Shown here piece by piece: positions 1 through 9,274 of a stretch of 64,000 nucleotides of DNA. The stretch covers positions 26,983 to 90,982 of the forward strand of contig JAAYJT010000070.1 of the NCBI GenBank assembly GCA_012522795.1, given 5' to 3'. Below the pieces are notes generated by a model that was given only the letters and a program-made list of their open reading frames with translations, did not search any database and was not told the origin of the DNA. The stretch is from Bacteroidales bacterium. GTDB lineage: Bacteria; Bacteroidota; Bacteroidia; Bacteroidales; JAAYJT01. The translations under genes were made by a program, and so were the position numbers. Every line of letters begins with the position of its first letter. The first letter of the stretch is position 1.

Positions 1-279
1 CAGCAAGGCGATAAGGAAGCATTACTGATTTTTGATGCAATGGCATATCAGGTAGCAAAATATATAGGAGCAATGTCAACAGTTCTCTACGGACATGTTG
101 ACGGGATCCTCATCACCGGCGGTATAGCAAAAAGTGCATGGTTTGTAAACCGTATTATGGAGCGGGTACATCGTATTGCTCCGGTTTATGTTTATCCCGG
201 TGAAGACGAAATGCGTGCTCTAGCAATGAATGGACTTATGGTGCTTCGTGGTGAAATAGAACCAAAAATTTACGAGTAA
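1..279 (+). CDS. buk: Butyrate kinase, C-terminal fragment (5' end lies outside the window)
   Basis: The frame is open from base 1. The translation ...AMAYQVAKYIGAMSTVLYGHVDGILITGGIAKS...VYVYPGEDEMRALAMNGLMVLRGE matches the conserved C-terminus of the butyrate/acetate kinase family. Confidence 0.75.
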   Translation, partial: QQGDKEALLIFDAMAYQVAKYIGAMSTVLYGHVDGILITGGIAKSAWFVNRIMERVHRIAPVYVYPGEDEMRALAMNGLMVLRGEIEPKIYE

Positions 280-720
280 ATCCTGAGGTTTTCATAGTCT
301 TTAGCTAAGATATCATTCCTTTCCTTTATTATCAAAAAACAATCTGCTGTGTAAGCAGGGTTCATTGATTTATCAATGAACATATAATTCACTGATCAGC
401 AAGCTATTACCAGGTGAGCAATATCCCTTTTGAATTATTTTTTTCTGAACCCGGGTTTTAATGAAAATAGCTATAAGTCAGAGCCATTTTAAATCTAATA
501 TTTGGCAATCCGGATTGAACAAAATCACAGGGTTTATGTTCTCTTTATAAAGTGTAGTCTGTTGTAAATCAGCACTATATTTATCAGCTTTTTGTTATTG
601 TATTCTTTGTAAACATGGCTATGACAAAACTTCATTATTGCTTGGAAATTATATGAAAATCTGCGCATGTTTAACAAAAAACTGAATTTATTAAAAACTA
701 AATAATACAGAGGTGTTAAA

Positions 721-1980
721 ATGGAAGCAAAACAAAAGATAATAGTAGTTGGAGGTGGTTTTGCCGGCATTAACCTTGTTAAAAAACTGGACGACAAACT
801 ATTTGATATCACACTGATTGACAAAATCAACCATCATCAGTTCCAACCCTTATTTTATCAGGTAGCAACTTCTCAGATCGAGCCATCTAGTATTTCGTTC
901 CCTTTGCGGCATATCTTCAGAAAAAAAAGGAATATACAAATCAGGCTTGCAGAGGTTCTAAAGGTCAATACATCGGCTAACAGCATTACAACAAGCACAG
1001 GAGATTATGAATACGATTATTTGATTCTTGCTTTAGGCTGCCAGAGTAATTTTTTTGGAAATAAGAAAATTAAAAAAAATGCTTTAACTCTAAAAACGAC
1101 CTATGATGCAATTTCTATCAGAAATCATATTTTACAAACCTTTGAAGATATAATTTCAGTAAAGGAAAGCGAAAAGGACAGTTTGCTGAATCTGGTAATT
1201 GTTGGCGCTGGACCCACAGGCGTAGAGCTTGCCGGAGCATTTGCCGAGATCAAAAAGAATATTTTGCCAAAAGATTTTCCCGGAATTGACTTTTCGAGGT
1301 TCAAGATCATTCTTGTTGAAGGGAGTAAATACACTTTAAATAACATGAGCGACTCTTCAAAAAAGGCATCATATAAATACCTTCAAAAAATGGGAGTGCA
1401 AATACTCACTGAAACCCTGGTAACTGATTATGATGGCGAGACCCTGTATTTAAATAATGAAAGCATCATAAAAACAAAAAATCTGATCTGGACAGCAGGT
1501 GTAAAAGCCAATACAGTAGAAGGAATTCCTGAAGCCTGGCTTACAGCAGGTAATCGAATTAAAGTGGATAGAATAAATAAAATAAATGGGAGCGACAACA
1601 TATTTGTAGTGGGCGATATGGCGCTTATGACTACTCCCAAATATCCGAAAGGGCATCCGCAATTGGCAAATGTTGCAATTAACCAGGCAAAGAATCTTGC
1701 CAAAAACCTTAAAAGAATACATCTTGATCAGAAGCCGGTAGATTATGAATACAAGGATCTTGGCACTATGGCAACAATAGGCAGAAATAAAGCAGTAGTT
1801 GACCTGCCTTATATCAGATTTCAGGGAATGTTCGCATGGATGGTGTGGATGTTCCTGCATCTGATGCTTATTCTTAGCGTTCGGAATAAACTTATAATAT
1901 TTATAAACTGGGCATGGGCGTATATTACCAAGGATACGTCGCTGCGACTGATACTGAAAAGTACTAAACAGAATAATTAA
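721..1980 (+). CDS. ndh: Type II NADH:quinone oxidoreductase (NDH-2), FAD/NAD(P)-binding
   Basis: N-terminal Rossmann motif IIVVGGGFAGINLVKKL and a second dinucleotide motif VIVGAGPTGVELAG. Length is 419 aa, with a hydrophobic C-terminal segment typical of NDH-2. Confidence 0.85.
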   Translation: MEAKQKIIVVGGGFAGINLVKKLDDKLFDITLIDKINHHQFQPLFYQVATSQIEPSSISFPLRHIFRKKRNIQIRLAEVLKVNTSANSITTSTGDYEYDYLILALGCQSNFFGNKKIKKNALTLKTTYDAISIRNHILQTFEDIISVKESEKDSLLNLVIVGAGPTGVELAGAFAEIKKNILPKDFPGIDFSRFKIILVEGSKYTLNNMSDSSKKASYKYLQKMGVQILTETLVTDYDGETLYLNNESIIKTKNLIWTAGVKANTVEGIPEAWLTAGNRIKVDRINKINGSDNIFVVGDMALMTTPKYPKGHPQLANVAINQAKNLAKNLKRIHLDQKPVDYEYKDLGTMATIGRNKAVVDLPYIRFQGMFAWMVWMFLHLMLILSVRNKLIIFINWAWAYITKDTSLRLILKSTKQNN

Positions 1981-2166
1981 ATTATTCAGTCATAAGTTTT
2001 CTGTTACTTACCGGATGAAAATTCAAGGTTTCTGCATTTGATTGAGTTCTTTACAGACTTTTTTGTAAAAATCTCATTTTAACACTCATCTTAAAACTGA
2101 CTTCAATAATTCCTGCGGTTTTTTGAACAAAGCATAATCGCTGATGTTTTTTTAAAAAACATCATT

Positions 2167-3009
2167 ATGCAACTTTTCGCAATTGAAACCGGTCATTTCA
2201 AATTAGACGGAGGCGCCATGTTCGGTGTTGTGCCCAAATCATTGTGGAGCAGAACATATCCTGCTGACGAAAACAATCTGATCAACATGAGCATGCGTTG
2301 TTTACTTGTTGTAAATGGCGATCGCAAGATTCTGATAAACAATGGCATGGGCAATAAAAACAAGGATAAGAACACTTTATATTTCCACCTTGACGATTCT
2401 ATGGTAAACCTTAAAAACTCTCTTGCAAAACATGATTTCAGCATGGATTCCATCACCGATGTATTTCTCACCCATTTGCATTTTGATCATTGTGGAGGCA
2501 GTGTTGATAAAGATGAAAACGGGAATCTGTTCCTGGCATTTCCAAATGCTGAATTTCATGTAAGCCGTCAGCAATGGGAATGGGCAATAAATCCTAATAA
2601 GCGCGAAAAACCTTCGTACCCGCCCGAAAATCTTTTGCCTATGAAGGAGCGTTTAAATCTTTTTGAAAAAGATGGTGAGCTTTTCCCCGGTTTCAAGTAC
2701 AAAATATACAACGGCCATACTATGGGTCAGGCTATTCCATTTATTAGTTATAATGGAAAAACAGTGGTTTTCACTTCTGATGTGCTTCCCACAAGCGCCC
2801 ATATACCTCTGCCCTATATCATGAGCTATGATATCCAACCTTTAACAACCCTCGAAGAAAAAGAATCGCTTCTGAAAGAGACTATAGAAAATGATCTTGT
2901 TCTATTTTTCGAACACGATTTTTATACTGAATGCTGTACTCTGGAAAGCACTGCAAAGGGCGTGAAAGTCAAAGAAAAATATACTCTGGCAGAAATAGAT
3001 GGTCAATGA
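2167..3009 (+). CDS. MBL-fold metallo-hydrolase
   Basis: Carries the HxHxDH metal motif (THLHFDHCGG). The 280-aa length is typical of the family. Confidence 0.8.
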   Translation: MQLFAIETGHFKLDGGAMFGVVPKSLWSRTYPADENNLINMSMRCLLVVNGDRKILINNGMGNKNKDKNTLYFHLDDSMVNLKNSLAKHDFSMDSITDVFLTHLHFDHCGGSVDKDENGNLFLAFPNAEFHVSRQQWEWAINPNKREKPSYPPENLLPMKERLNLFEKDGELFPGFKYKIYNGHTMGQAIPFISYNGKTVVFTSDVLPTSAHIPLPYIMSYDIQPLTTLEEKESLLKETIENDLVLFFEHDFYTECCTLESTAKGVKVKEKYTLAEIDGQ

Positions 3010-3113
3010 AATAAAAAAAACAGTATAGATTATTTTTAATCCGCAGGCTTACAATTGCTCTGTTAACTATTTATTTGTTTATTTTGTCGGCAGATTTCCA
3101 AAATCACACTGTT

Positions 3114-4403
3114 ATGACAAAACAAATAATTTTTTCAGCTATCCTACTTATTACTCTGTGTACATTTGCATGGACTATACGGCGGCTTGCCCGTTTCTTC
3201 AAACTTACTCAGCCTGCTTTTCCGGTTAAAGATATCGGGAAGCGAATGGCTTTGACCCTTCGCGTTGCATTTGGTCAAAGTAAAATTTTCCGATGGCCCT
3301 TTGCAGGACTTTTTCATGCTTTGGTATTCTGGGGTTTCATTGTGATAACCCTTGGAAGCATCGAAATGGTGATTGACGGTCTTTCGGGAACCGAAAGGAT
3401 AATGGGATTTTTAGGACCAGTTTATGATGTTGTTATCGGAAGTGGTGATGTATTTGCAGCCATAGTTTTAATTTCCATACTTGTTTTTATAATAAGGAGG
3501 GTTTTCCACAATATCAAGCGGTTCAAAGGAACAGAAATTAAAAGGATATCAACAATTGATGCCTATATTGCGTTAACCATGATTTTATTCCTCATGATCT
3601 CGTTGCTGGGAATGAACATCGGGTATGTTATTCTTCATGATAAAGATATTACAGGTGTATATCCTGTAAGTCAATGGCTGGCAGGATATTTTGCTCCCAA
3701 AATGAGCAATAATGCCGCCGGCACTCTTTTCGAGGTAAGCTGGTGGGTTCACATCATTCTTATTTTCATTTTTGCAAATATTCTTCCTTACAGTAAGCAT
3801 TTCCATGTATTTACTTCTATCCCCAATGTTTTTCTTAGTCGTCTGGAACCTCTGGGTTACCTGCCCAATATGGAGAATGTCATGAATGAAGTCCGGCTGA
3901 TGATTAATCCTGAGGCATCAGTAGCCGAATCGCCGGTTGTTAGCAGATTTGGTGTAAAAGATGCTGAAGATGTTAACTGGAAAAATTATCTGGATTCTCT
4001 GGCATGTACTGAGTGCGGGCGATGTACTGCGGTTTGTCCGGCAAATATCACCGGAAAAAAGCTTTCGCCCAGAAAAATATTTATTGATCTGAGGGCAAGA
4101 ATGAAAGAAAAAGGACCTGGTTTGGTTAAAAACGGGAAAGAATTCACTGACAATAAAAGTCTGTTACGCGATTATATAACTGAAGAGGAGCTTTGGGCAT
4201 GTACTACCTGCAATGCCTGCGCTCAGGAATGTCCTATAAACATTAACCATCCAACACTGATTATGGATATGCGCCGTTATCTGGTCATGGAAGAAGCTGC
4301 TGCTCCTGCTGAACTAAACATGATGTTTACCAATATTGAAAACAATGGAGCTCCGTGGCAGCGCAGTCAGGATGACAGACTGCTGTGGGCTGAAGGATTG
4401 TAA
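3114..4403 (+). CDS. Membrane-anchored (Fe-S)-binding protein: multi-TM N-terminus plus 4Fe-4S dicluster domain (HdrC/DsrK-like)
   Basis: Several hydrophobic helices in the first ~250 aa. Two CxxCxxCxxxCP ferredoxin motifs are present (CTECGRCTAVCP, CTTCNACAQECP). The ORF-track start at 3075 is TTG, so I prefer the ATG at 3114. Confidence 0.7.
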   Translation: MTKQIIFSAILLITLCTFAWTIRRLARFFKLTQPAFPVKDIGKRMALTLRVAFGQSKIFRWPFAGLFHALVFWGFIVITLGSIEMVIDGLSGTERIMGFLGPVYDVVIGSGDVFAAIVLISILVFIIRRVFHNIKRFKGTEIKRISTIDAYIALTMILFLMISLLGMNIGYVILHDKDITGVYPVSQWLAGYFAPKMSNNAAGTLFEVSWWVHIILIFIFANILPYSKHFHVFTSIPNVFLSRLEPLGYLPNMENVMNEVRLMINPEASVAESPVVSRFGVKDAEDVNWKNYLDSLACTECGRCTAVCPANITGKKLSPRKIFIDLRARMKEKGPGLVKNGKEFTDNKSLLRDYITEEELWACTTCNACAQECPININHPTLIMDMRRYLVMEEAAAPAELNMMFTNIENNGAPWQRSQDDRLLWAEGL

Positions 4404-4591
4404 TGGTGATAAGATCATTATTAGTGGAAAATTGAATTGTGACATAATTTTAAGATCAGAAATTGACGAATATTTTGGAAAGTTTATTAAATAAAAAGTG
4501 ACTTTTATTCATTGCAAAAAAGCAAATTCTAAAAAAAACCAATCGCTGAACATACAGCATCAGGATAATCCAAAATTAAAAACACAAATCC

Positions 4592-5377
4592 ATGAATATA
4601 AAGCTTCCAATAATGTCAGACCTGCAGGCTCAGAACAAACAACCTGAATATCTTTACTGGGTTGGTTGTGCCGGAGCTTTTGACGATCGTTACCAGAAAG
4701 TGGCGCGTGCTTTTACACGTATATTACACCATCTTGGTATTGATTATGCAGTTCTTGGCAAAGAAGAAACCTGTAACGGTGACCCGGCACGCCGGGCAGG
4801 TAACGAAATGCTTTTCCACTTACAGGCTTCAATGGTTGTTGAAACATTTGAGCGTTACGATATAAAGAAGATAATAACAACCTGTCCGCATTGTTATAAT
4901 ACTTTTAAAAATGAATACCCCGATGTGGGCTGGAGTGGTGAAGTGATCCACCATAGCCAATTTCTGCAAGAATTAATTGAAAAGAATAAATTAAAAGTTC
5001 CGGATAATATATTCAATGAAGATAAGATTGTTTTCCATGATCCATGTTACCTGGGCAGGGCAAACGACGAATATGAAGCCCCTCGAAAAGTGATTGATGC
5101 CCTAAAAACTGAAAGGGTTGAAATGCCGCGCAACAAAAGTTTTGCACTTTGCTGTGGCGCCGGCGGAGCACAAATGTTCAAGGAAGCAGAGCCGGGAAAC
5201 AAGGAAATCTATGCTGAACGTACTGAAGAAGCTTTGGCTACAGGTGCTTCAATAATTGCCACTGCCTGCCCGTTTTGTATGACCATGCTCACTGATGGAA
5301 TAAAATACCAGAACAGGGAAGAAGATGTTAAAAACCTTGATATTGCCGAGATGATTGCAAATGCACTCGGCTTATAA
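4592..5377 (+). CDS. (Fe-S) oxidoreductase with cysteine-rich CCG domains (HdrB/HdrD/GlpC-like)
   Basis: Two CCG-type motifs (TCPHCYNTF ... HDPCYLGR and CCGAGG ... ACPFCMTML). Sits adjacent to the 4Fe-4S membrane partner. Confidence 0.75.
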   Translation: MNIKLPIMSDLQAQNKQPEYLYWVGCAGAFDDRYQKVARAFTRILHHLGIDYAVLGKEETCNGDPARRAGNEMLFHLQASMVVETFERYDIKKIITTCPHCYNTFKNEYPDVGWSGEVIHHSQFLQELIEKNKLKVPDNIFNEDKIVFHDPCYLGRANDEYEAPRKVIDALKTERVEMPRNKSFALCCGAGGAQMFKEAEPGNKEIYAERTEEALATGASIIATACPFCMTMLTDGIKYQNREEDVKNLDIAEMIANALGL

Positions 5378-6035
5378 CTGTACAGCAGTGGATATTTACC
5401 CTACTCATGTCATCAGTCATACATTAACAGGCTTGCACGGGCACGTAATAAAGCTTCCTATGATTTTCCCATTCAAACCCGGGCAAGTGGCAGGACTTAC
5501 TTTAAATGATACAATTCCTGTACGGATATACAGTATTGCCGGCTCCGATTTTAAAAACTGGATTGAATTCCTTTTTGATGTTAAATCACAGGGGGTTCTT
5601 ACTCCTAAACTTGCAGAACTTAAAGCCGGAGACAAGATTTTTATGACAAAACCTTTTGGCACCTTTGCAGCAGACGAAAAACCTGCATACTGGATAGCCA
5701 CAGGCACAGGTGTGGCTCCTTTCAAAATTATGGCTGACGCAGGCTTGCATGTTAATAAACACCTTATTCACGGGGTTGGCAAATCAAAGAATTTTTATTT
5801 CCGAAAATATTTTGAAGAAACATTTGGGGAAAATTACATAAAATGTTGTAGTAGAGAAATCTCAAAAGATTGCTTCAAAGGTCGGGTTACTGATTATATC
5901 GGGCAGTTGCCAACGCTTCCGGCAGGTATTAATTATTATTTGTGTGGTAGCGCCGAAATGGTAATTGATACCAGAGATCTGCTGATCTCAAAAGGTGTAT
6001 CGTTTGAAAATATTATTGCCGAAATCTATTTCTAA
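5361..6035 (+). CDS. Ferredoxin-NADP reductase-like FAD/NAD(P)-binding oxidoreductase
   Basis: RIYSIAG (RxYS FAD-binding motif), GTGVAPF (NAD(P)-binding motif) and the C-terminal YYLCGSAEMV pattern of the FNR family. The start is uncertain: TTG at 5355, ATG at 5361. It overlaps the end of the upstream gene. Confidence 0.65.
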   Translation: MHSAYNCTAVDIYPTHVISHTLTGLHGHVIKLPMIFPFKPGQVAGLTLNDTIPVRIYSIAGSDFKNWIEFLFDVKSQGVLTPKLAELKAGDKIFMTKPFGTFAADEKPAYWIATGTGVAPFKIMADAGLHVNKHLIHGVGKSKNFYFRKYFEETFGENYIKCCSREISKDCFKGRVTDYIGQLPTLPAGINYYLCGSAEMVIDTRDLLISKGVSFENIIAEIYF

Positions 6036-6101
6036 CTCTGTAAAACAACGAATTAAAATATTAGACTTTATTAAAACCATCAGCAAATAAATATTTAATC
6101 T

Positions 6102-7136
6102 ATGCAAAAACAAGCGTTGTTCGGGAAAACATCCGACGAACTTAAAATAATTGTAAAACAACTCAACCTGCCTGCATTTACTGCAAAACAGCTTGCTGAC
6201 TGGTTTTATAAAAAAGATGTAAACAGATTCGACGAAATGACCAACCTTTCAAAAGAAGCTCGTCAACTGCTGGAAAATCAATTTATTACAGGTTTATCCG
6301 AACCAATAAAGGTGCAGATATCAGATGATGGCACAAAAAAGTATTTGTACCGATCATTACAGGGTAAATATATTGAAGCAGCATATATCCCTGAAGCTGA
6401 CCGTCATACATTATGCGTTTCAACTCAGGTTGGTTGTAAAATGGGATGTCTTTTTTGCATGACTGCCAAACAGGGTTTTCAGGGGCAACTTACTGCCGGA
6501 GAGATTCTTAACCAGATACGAAGTTTACCGGAGCGGGATCTGATAACCAATATTGTTTACATGGGCATGGGTGAACCCCTCGACAATCTTGATGAAACCA
6601 TGAAAAGTCTCGAAGTACTAACCTCGGATTATGGCTTTGCCATGAGTCCAAAACGTATTACGGTTTCAACAATTGGTATTATCCCGGGCATGAAAACATT
6701 TATTGAAAAAAGCCGGTGCAATCTTGCTGTCAGTCTTCATTCTCCGTTTGAAGAAGACAGAAAAAAGCTTATGCCTATCCAGAATGTTTATCCTCTCAAC
6801 GAAGTACTTGACACCATCCGCAGTTATGATTTTTCGCGACAGCGCCGGATTTCATTTGAATATATCATGTTCAAGGGATTAAACGATACTCCCCGGCACG
6901 TAAAAGAGCTGGTGCGTATTCTCAACGGTATCCGATGCAGAATCAATCTTCTGAGATTTCATCCAATACCGGGCACGCCCTTGCAATCATCAGAAAATAT
7001 TACGATTGAATGGTTTCGCGATGAGCTGAAATCCAAAGGCTTTATGACCACAATACGGCAATCACGCGGACAGGACATTGAAGCAGCGTGCGGAATGCTG
7101 TCAACCAAAGAATTACTGAATAAGAAAACTGATTGA
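6102..7136 (+). CDS. rlmN: 23S rRNA/tRNA (adenine-C2)-methyltransferase RlmN, radical SAM
   Basis: Radical-SAM CxxxCxxC motif (GCKMGCLFCMT). The C-terminal DIEAACGML motif and the 344-aa length are typical of RlmN. Confidence 0.9.
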   Translation: MQKQALFGKTSDELKIIVKQLNLPAFTAKQLADWFYKKDVNRFDEMTNLSKEARQLLENQFITGLSEPIKVQISDDGTKKYLYRSLQGKYIEAAYIPEADRHTLCVSTQVGCKMGCLFCMTAKQGFQGQLTAGEILNQIRSLPERDLITNIVYMGMGEPLDNLDETMKSLEVLTSDYGFAMSPKRITVSTIGIIPGMKTFIEKSRCNLAVSLHSPFEEDRKKLMPIQNVYPLNEVLDTIRSYDFSRQRRISFEYIMFKGLNDTPRHVKELVRILNGIRCRINLLRFHPIPGTPLQSSENITIEWFRDELKSKGFMTTIRQSRGQDIEAACGMLSTKELLNKKTD

Positions 7137-7143
7137 GAATATT

Positions 7144-7467
7144 TTATAAGAATCCCAGCTCCAGCATTGCAATTTCGCTCATCATATCTTTGTCCCAGGG
7201 AGGTTCGAAAGTAAGTATAACCTCAGACTTTTTAATCCCTTTGATTGCCCTCAGAGCCTGTTCTACTTTAGCCGGAATAACCTCAGCTTCGGGGCAATTA
7301 GGAGTGGTAAGCGTCATGGTTAGCTTCACTTCATAGTTTGCTGAAACTTCAATGCCATAGATAAGACCAAGATCATAAATATTTACCGGGATCTCAGGGT
7401 CATAAATTTGTCGTAACTCTTCTACTATACGATCTTCAATTGCTTTAATATGTTCTTTGTTGTCCAT
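7144..7467 (-). CDS. sufT: SUF-system Fe-S assembly protein, DUF59/SufT-like
   Basis: DPEIPVNIYDLGLIY ... TLTTPNCP motif of the DUF59/MIP18 family. It is the last gene of the suf operon. Confidence 0.75.
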   Translation of the reverse strand: MDNKEHIKAIEDRIVEELRQIYDPEIPVNIYDLGLIYGIEVSANYEVKLTMTLTTPNCPEAEVIPAKVEQALRAIKGIKKSEVILTFEPPWDKDMMSEIAMLELGFL

Positions 7468-7473
7468 TGGAAA

Positions 7474-7896
7474 TTATTCTTTGGTTTTAAATGCCAGGGC
7501 ATATATTTTTATCTGCTTTATCATTGAAGCCAGTCCGTTTGAACGGGTTGGCGATAAATGCTGAGTAAGCCCTATTGTATTAATAAAATCGAGGTTGGCA
7601 TTAATTATCTCATCCGGAGTACGGTTATCAAACACACGAACCAACAGGCTGATTATCCCGCGGGTAATAACAGCATCACTATCAGCGGTAAAATATATTT
7701 TGCCATTTTCGTGTTCGGCATGCAGCCACACCCTTGATTGACAACCATGTATAAGGTTATTATCGATTTTATGTTTCGGATCAATAACCGGCAACGATTT
7801 ACCCATCTCAATCAGATAATTATAACGATCCAACCAATCATCATAAATCTCAAATTCTGAAATTACCTGGTTTTCAACCTCTTCAATTGAAAGCAT
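7474..7896 (-). CDS. sufE: SufE-family sulfur acceptor
   Basis: Conserved GCQSRVW motif around the persulfide Cys. The gene is 140 aa and lies adjacent to sufS. Confidence 0.8.
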   Translation of the reverse strand: MLSIEEVENQVISEFEIYDDWLDRYNYLIEMGKSLPVIDPKHKIDNNLIHGCQSRVWLHAEHENGKIYFTADSDAVITRGIISLLVRVFDNRTPDEIINANLDFINTIGLTQHLSPTRSNGLASMIKQIKIYALAFKTKE

Positions 7897-8026
7897 ATTA
7901 TATTAATTACTTGTTTCTGATTAAATTATTAAAATATAAAATCGGATTTTTATTGTAAATATATCTTCGTGTTCTAATAAAATTCCAGGAAAATCATTCT
8001 GGCTATATAATCTCACGATCAATAGT

Positions 8027-9253
8027 TTAATACAACATTTTCTTTACTTTTTCTATTGCCCCGATCAAAACATCAATTTCTTTTTCAGTATTATAAAACG
8101 ACAATGATGCCCGAATAGTCCCAGGAATATCATAATGCTCCATAATAGGCTGTGTACAATGATTTCCGGTTCTGACAGCTACGCCAAAACGATCAATAAT
8201 TGCTCCGGCATCATATGGATGGATCTTATCAATAAGAAATGAAACAACACTGGTTTTTTCGGGTGCCGTACCAATAAAACGAATTTCTTTAACAGTTGAC
8301 AATTGTTTGTTAAGATAGTCAAGCAAAGCTTTTTCGCGTTCGGCAATAAAATTCAAACCAATATCCTGAATATACTCCAGAGCCGTTCCCAGGGCGATAG
8401 CTCCTCCTACATTTGGAGTGCCGGCTTCGAACCTGAAAGGCAGGTCATTAAACGTAGTTTTGCTGAAAGTAACAATCTTTATCATTTCACCCCCACTTTT
8501 AAACGGAGGCATTACTTCAAGTAATTCCTCCCTGCCGTATAAAACCCCAATACCCATTGGAGCAAAGGTTTTATGACCTGAAAAACAATAAAAATCGCAT
8601 CCAAGCTCCTGAACATCAATAGCCATATGAGCCGAAGCCTGTGCGCCATCAATTGTAACAGGAATATTTAGTTCATGAGCTGCATCAATTATCTTTTTTA
8701 TAGGAACAATCGTTCCCAGCGAATTGCTTACATGAGTGACTGAAACCATTTTGGTTCGCGGATTAAGCAGTTTAAGGTAGGCTTCAAAATCAAGAGTCCC
8801 GTCATCGAGCATAGGTATCACCCTGAGAACTGCTCCTGTTTGTTCGCAAAGTATCTGCCAGGGTACAATATTTGAATGGTGTTCAAGCTCAGAAACAATG
8901 ATTTCATCACCTTTTCCAATAAATTTTTTGCCATACGAAGCTGCCACAAGGTTTAACGATTCAGTAGTGCCGCTGGTAAAAATAATCTCATGGATACTCC
9001 TTGCATTTATATACTTTTGAACCTTAATTCTTGCCTGCTCAAAAGTCTCTGATGCTAAATTGCTTAGATGATGCGCTCCTCTGTGAACATTCGAGTTTTG
9101 CTCAGTATAGTATTTAGTCAAAGCATCAATAACAACGGAAGGCTTTTGTGTAGTAGCTGCATTATCAAAATAAACCAGAGGTTTACCGTAAATTTCGCGA
9201 CTCAAAATCGGGAAATCACTTCTAATTTTTTCAATATCCTGTTTTATATTCAT
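8027..9253 (-). CDS. sufS: Cysteine desulfurase SufS (class V aminotransferase, group II)
   Basis: PLP-Lys motif FSGHKTFAPMGIGVLYG and active-site RTGNHCTQP. The gene lies within the suf operon. Confidence 0.9.
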   Translation of the reverse strand: MNIKQDIEKIRSDFPILSREIYGKPLVYFDNAATTQKPSVVIDALTKYYTEQNSNVHRGAHHLSNLASETFEQARIKVQKYINARSIHEIIFTSGTTESLNLVAASYGKKFIGKGDEIIVSELEHHSNIVPWQILCEQTGAVLRVIPMLDDGTLDFEAYLKLLNPRTKMVSVTHVSNSLGTIVPIKKIIDAAHELNIPVTIDGAQASAHMAIDVQELGCDFYCFSGHKTFAPMGIGVLYGREELLEVMPPFKSGGEMIKIVTFSKTTFNDLPFRFEAGTPNVGGAIALGTALEYIQDIGLNFIAEREKALLDYLNKQLSTVKEIRFIGTAPEKTSVVSFLIDKIHPYDAGAIIDRFGVAVRTGNHCTQPIMEHYDIPGTIRASLSFYNTEKEIDVLIGAIEKVKKMLY

Positions 9254-9274
9254 AGCTGTTATTGAATTTAGCTT

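Noticed and set aside
344-381. Two small hairpins after the butyrate kinase stop (CTGCT/AGCAG and GTTCATTG/CAATGAAC)
   Set aside because: No T-tract follows either, and the stems are short and AT-rich. The evidence is insufficient for a terminator call.
7133-7336. 67-aa plus-strand ORF overlapping the end of rlmN and the sufT-like gene
   Set aside because: It is entirely antisense to a well-supported DUF59/SufT-like CDS. It is Ser/Ile-rich with low complexity, so it is most likely spurious.
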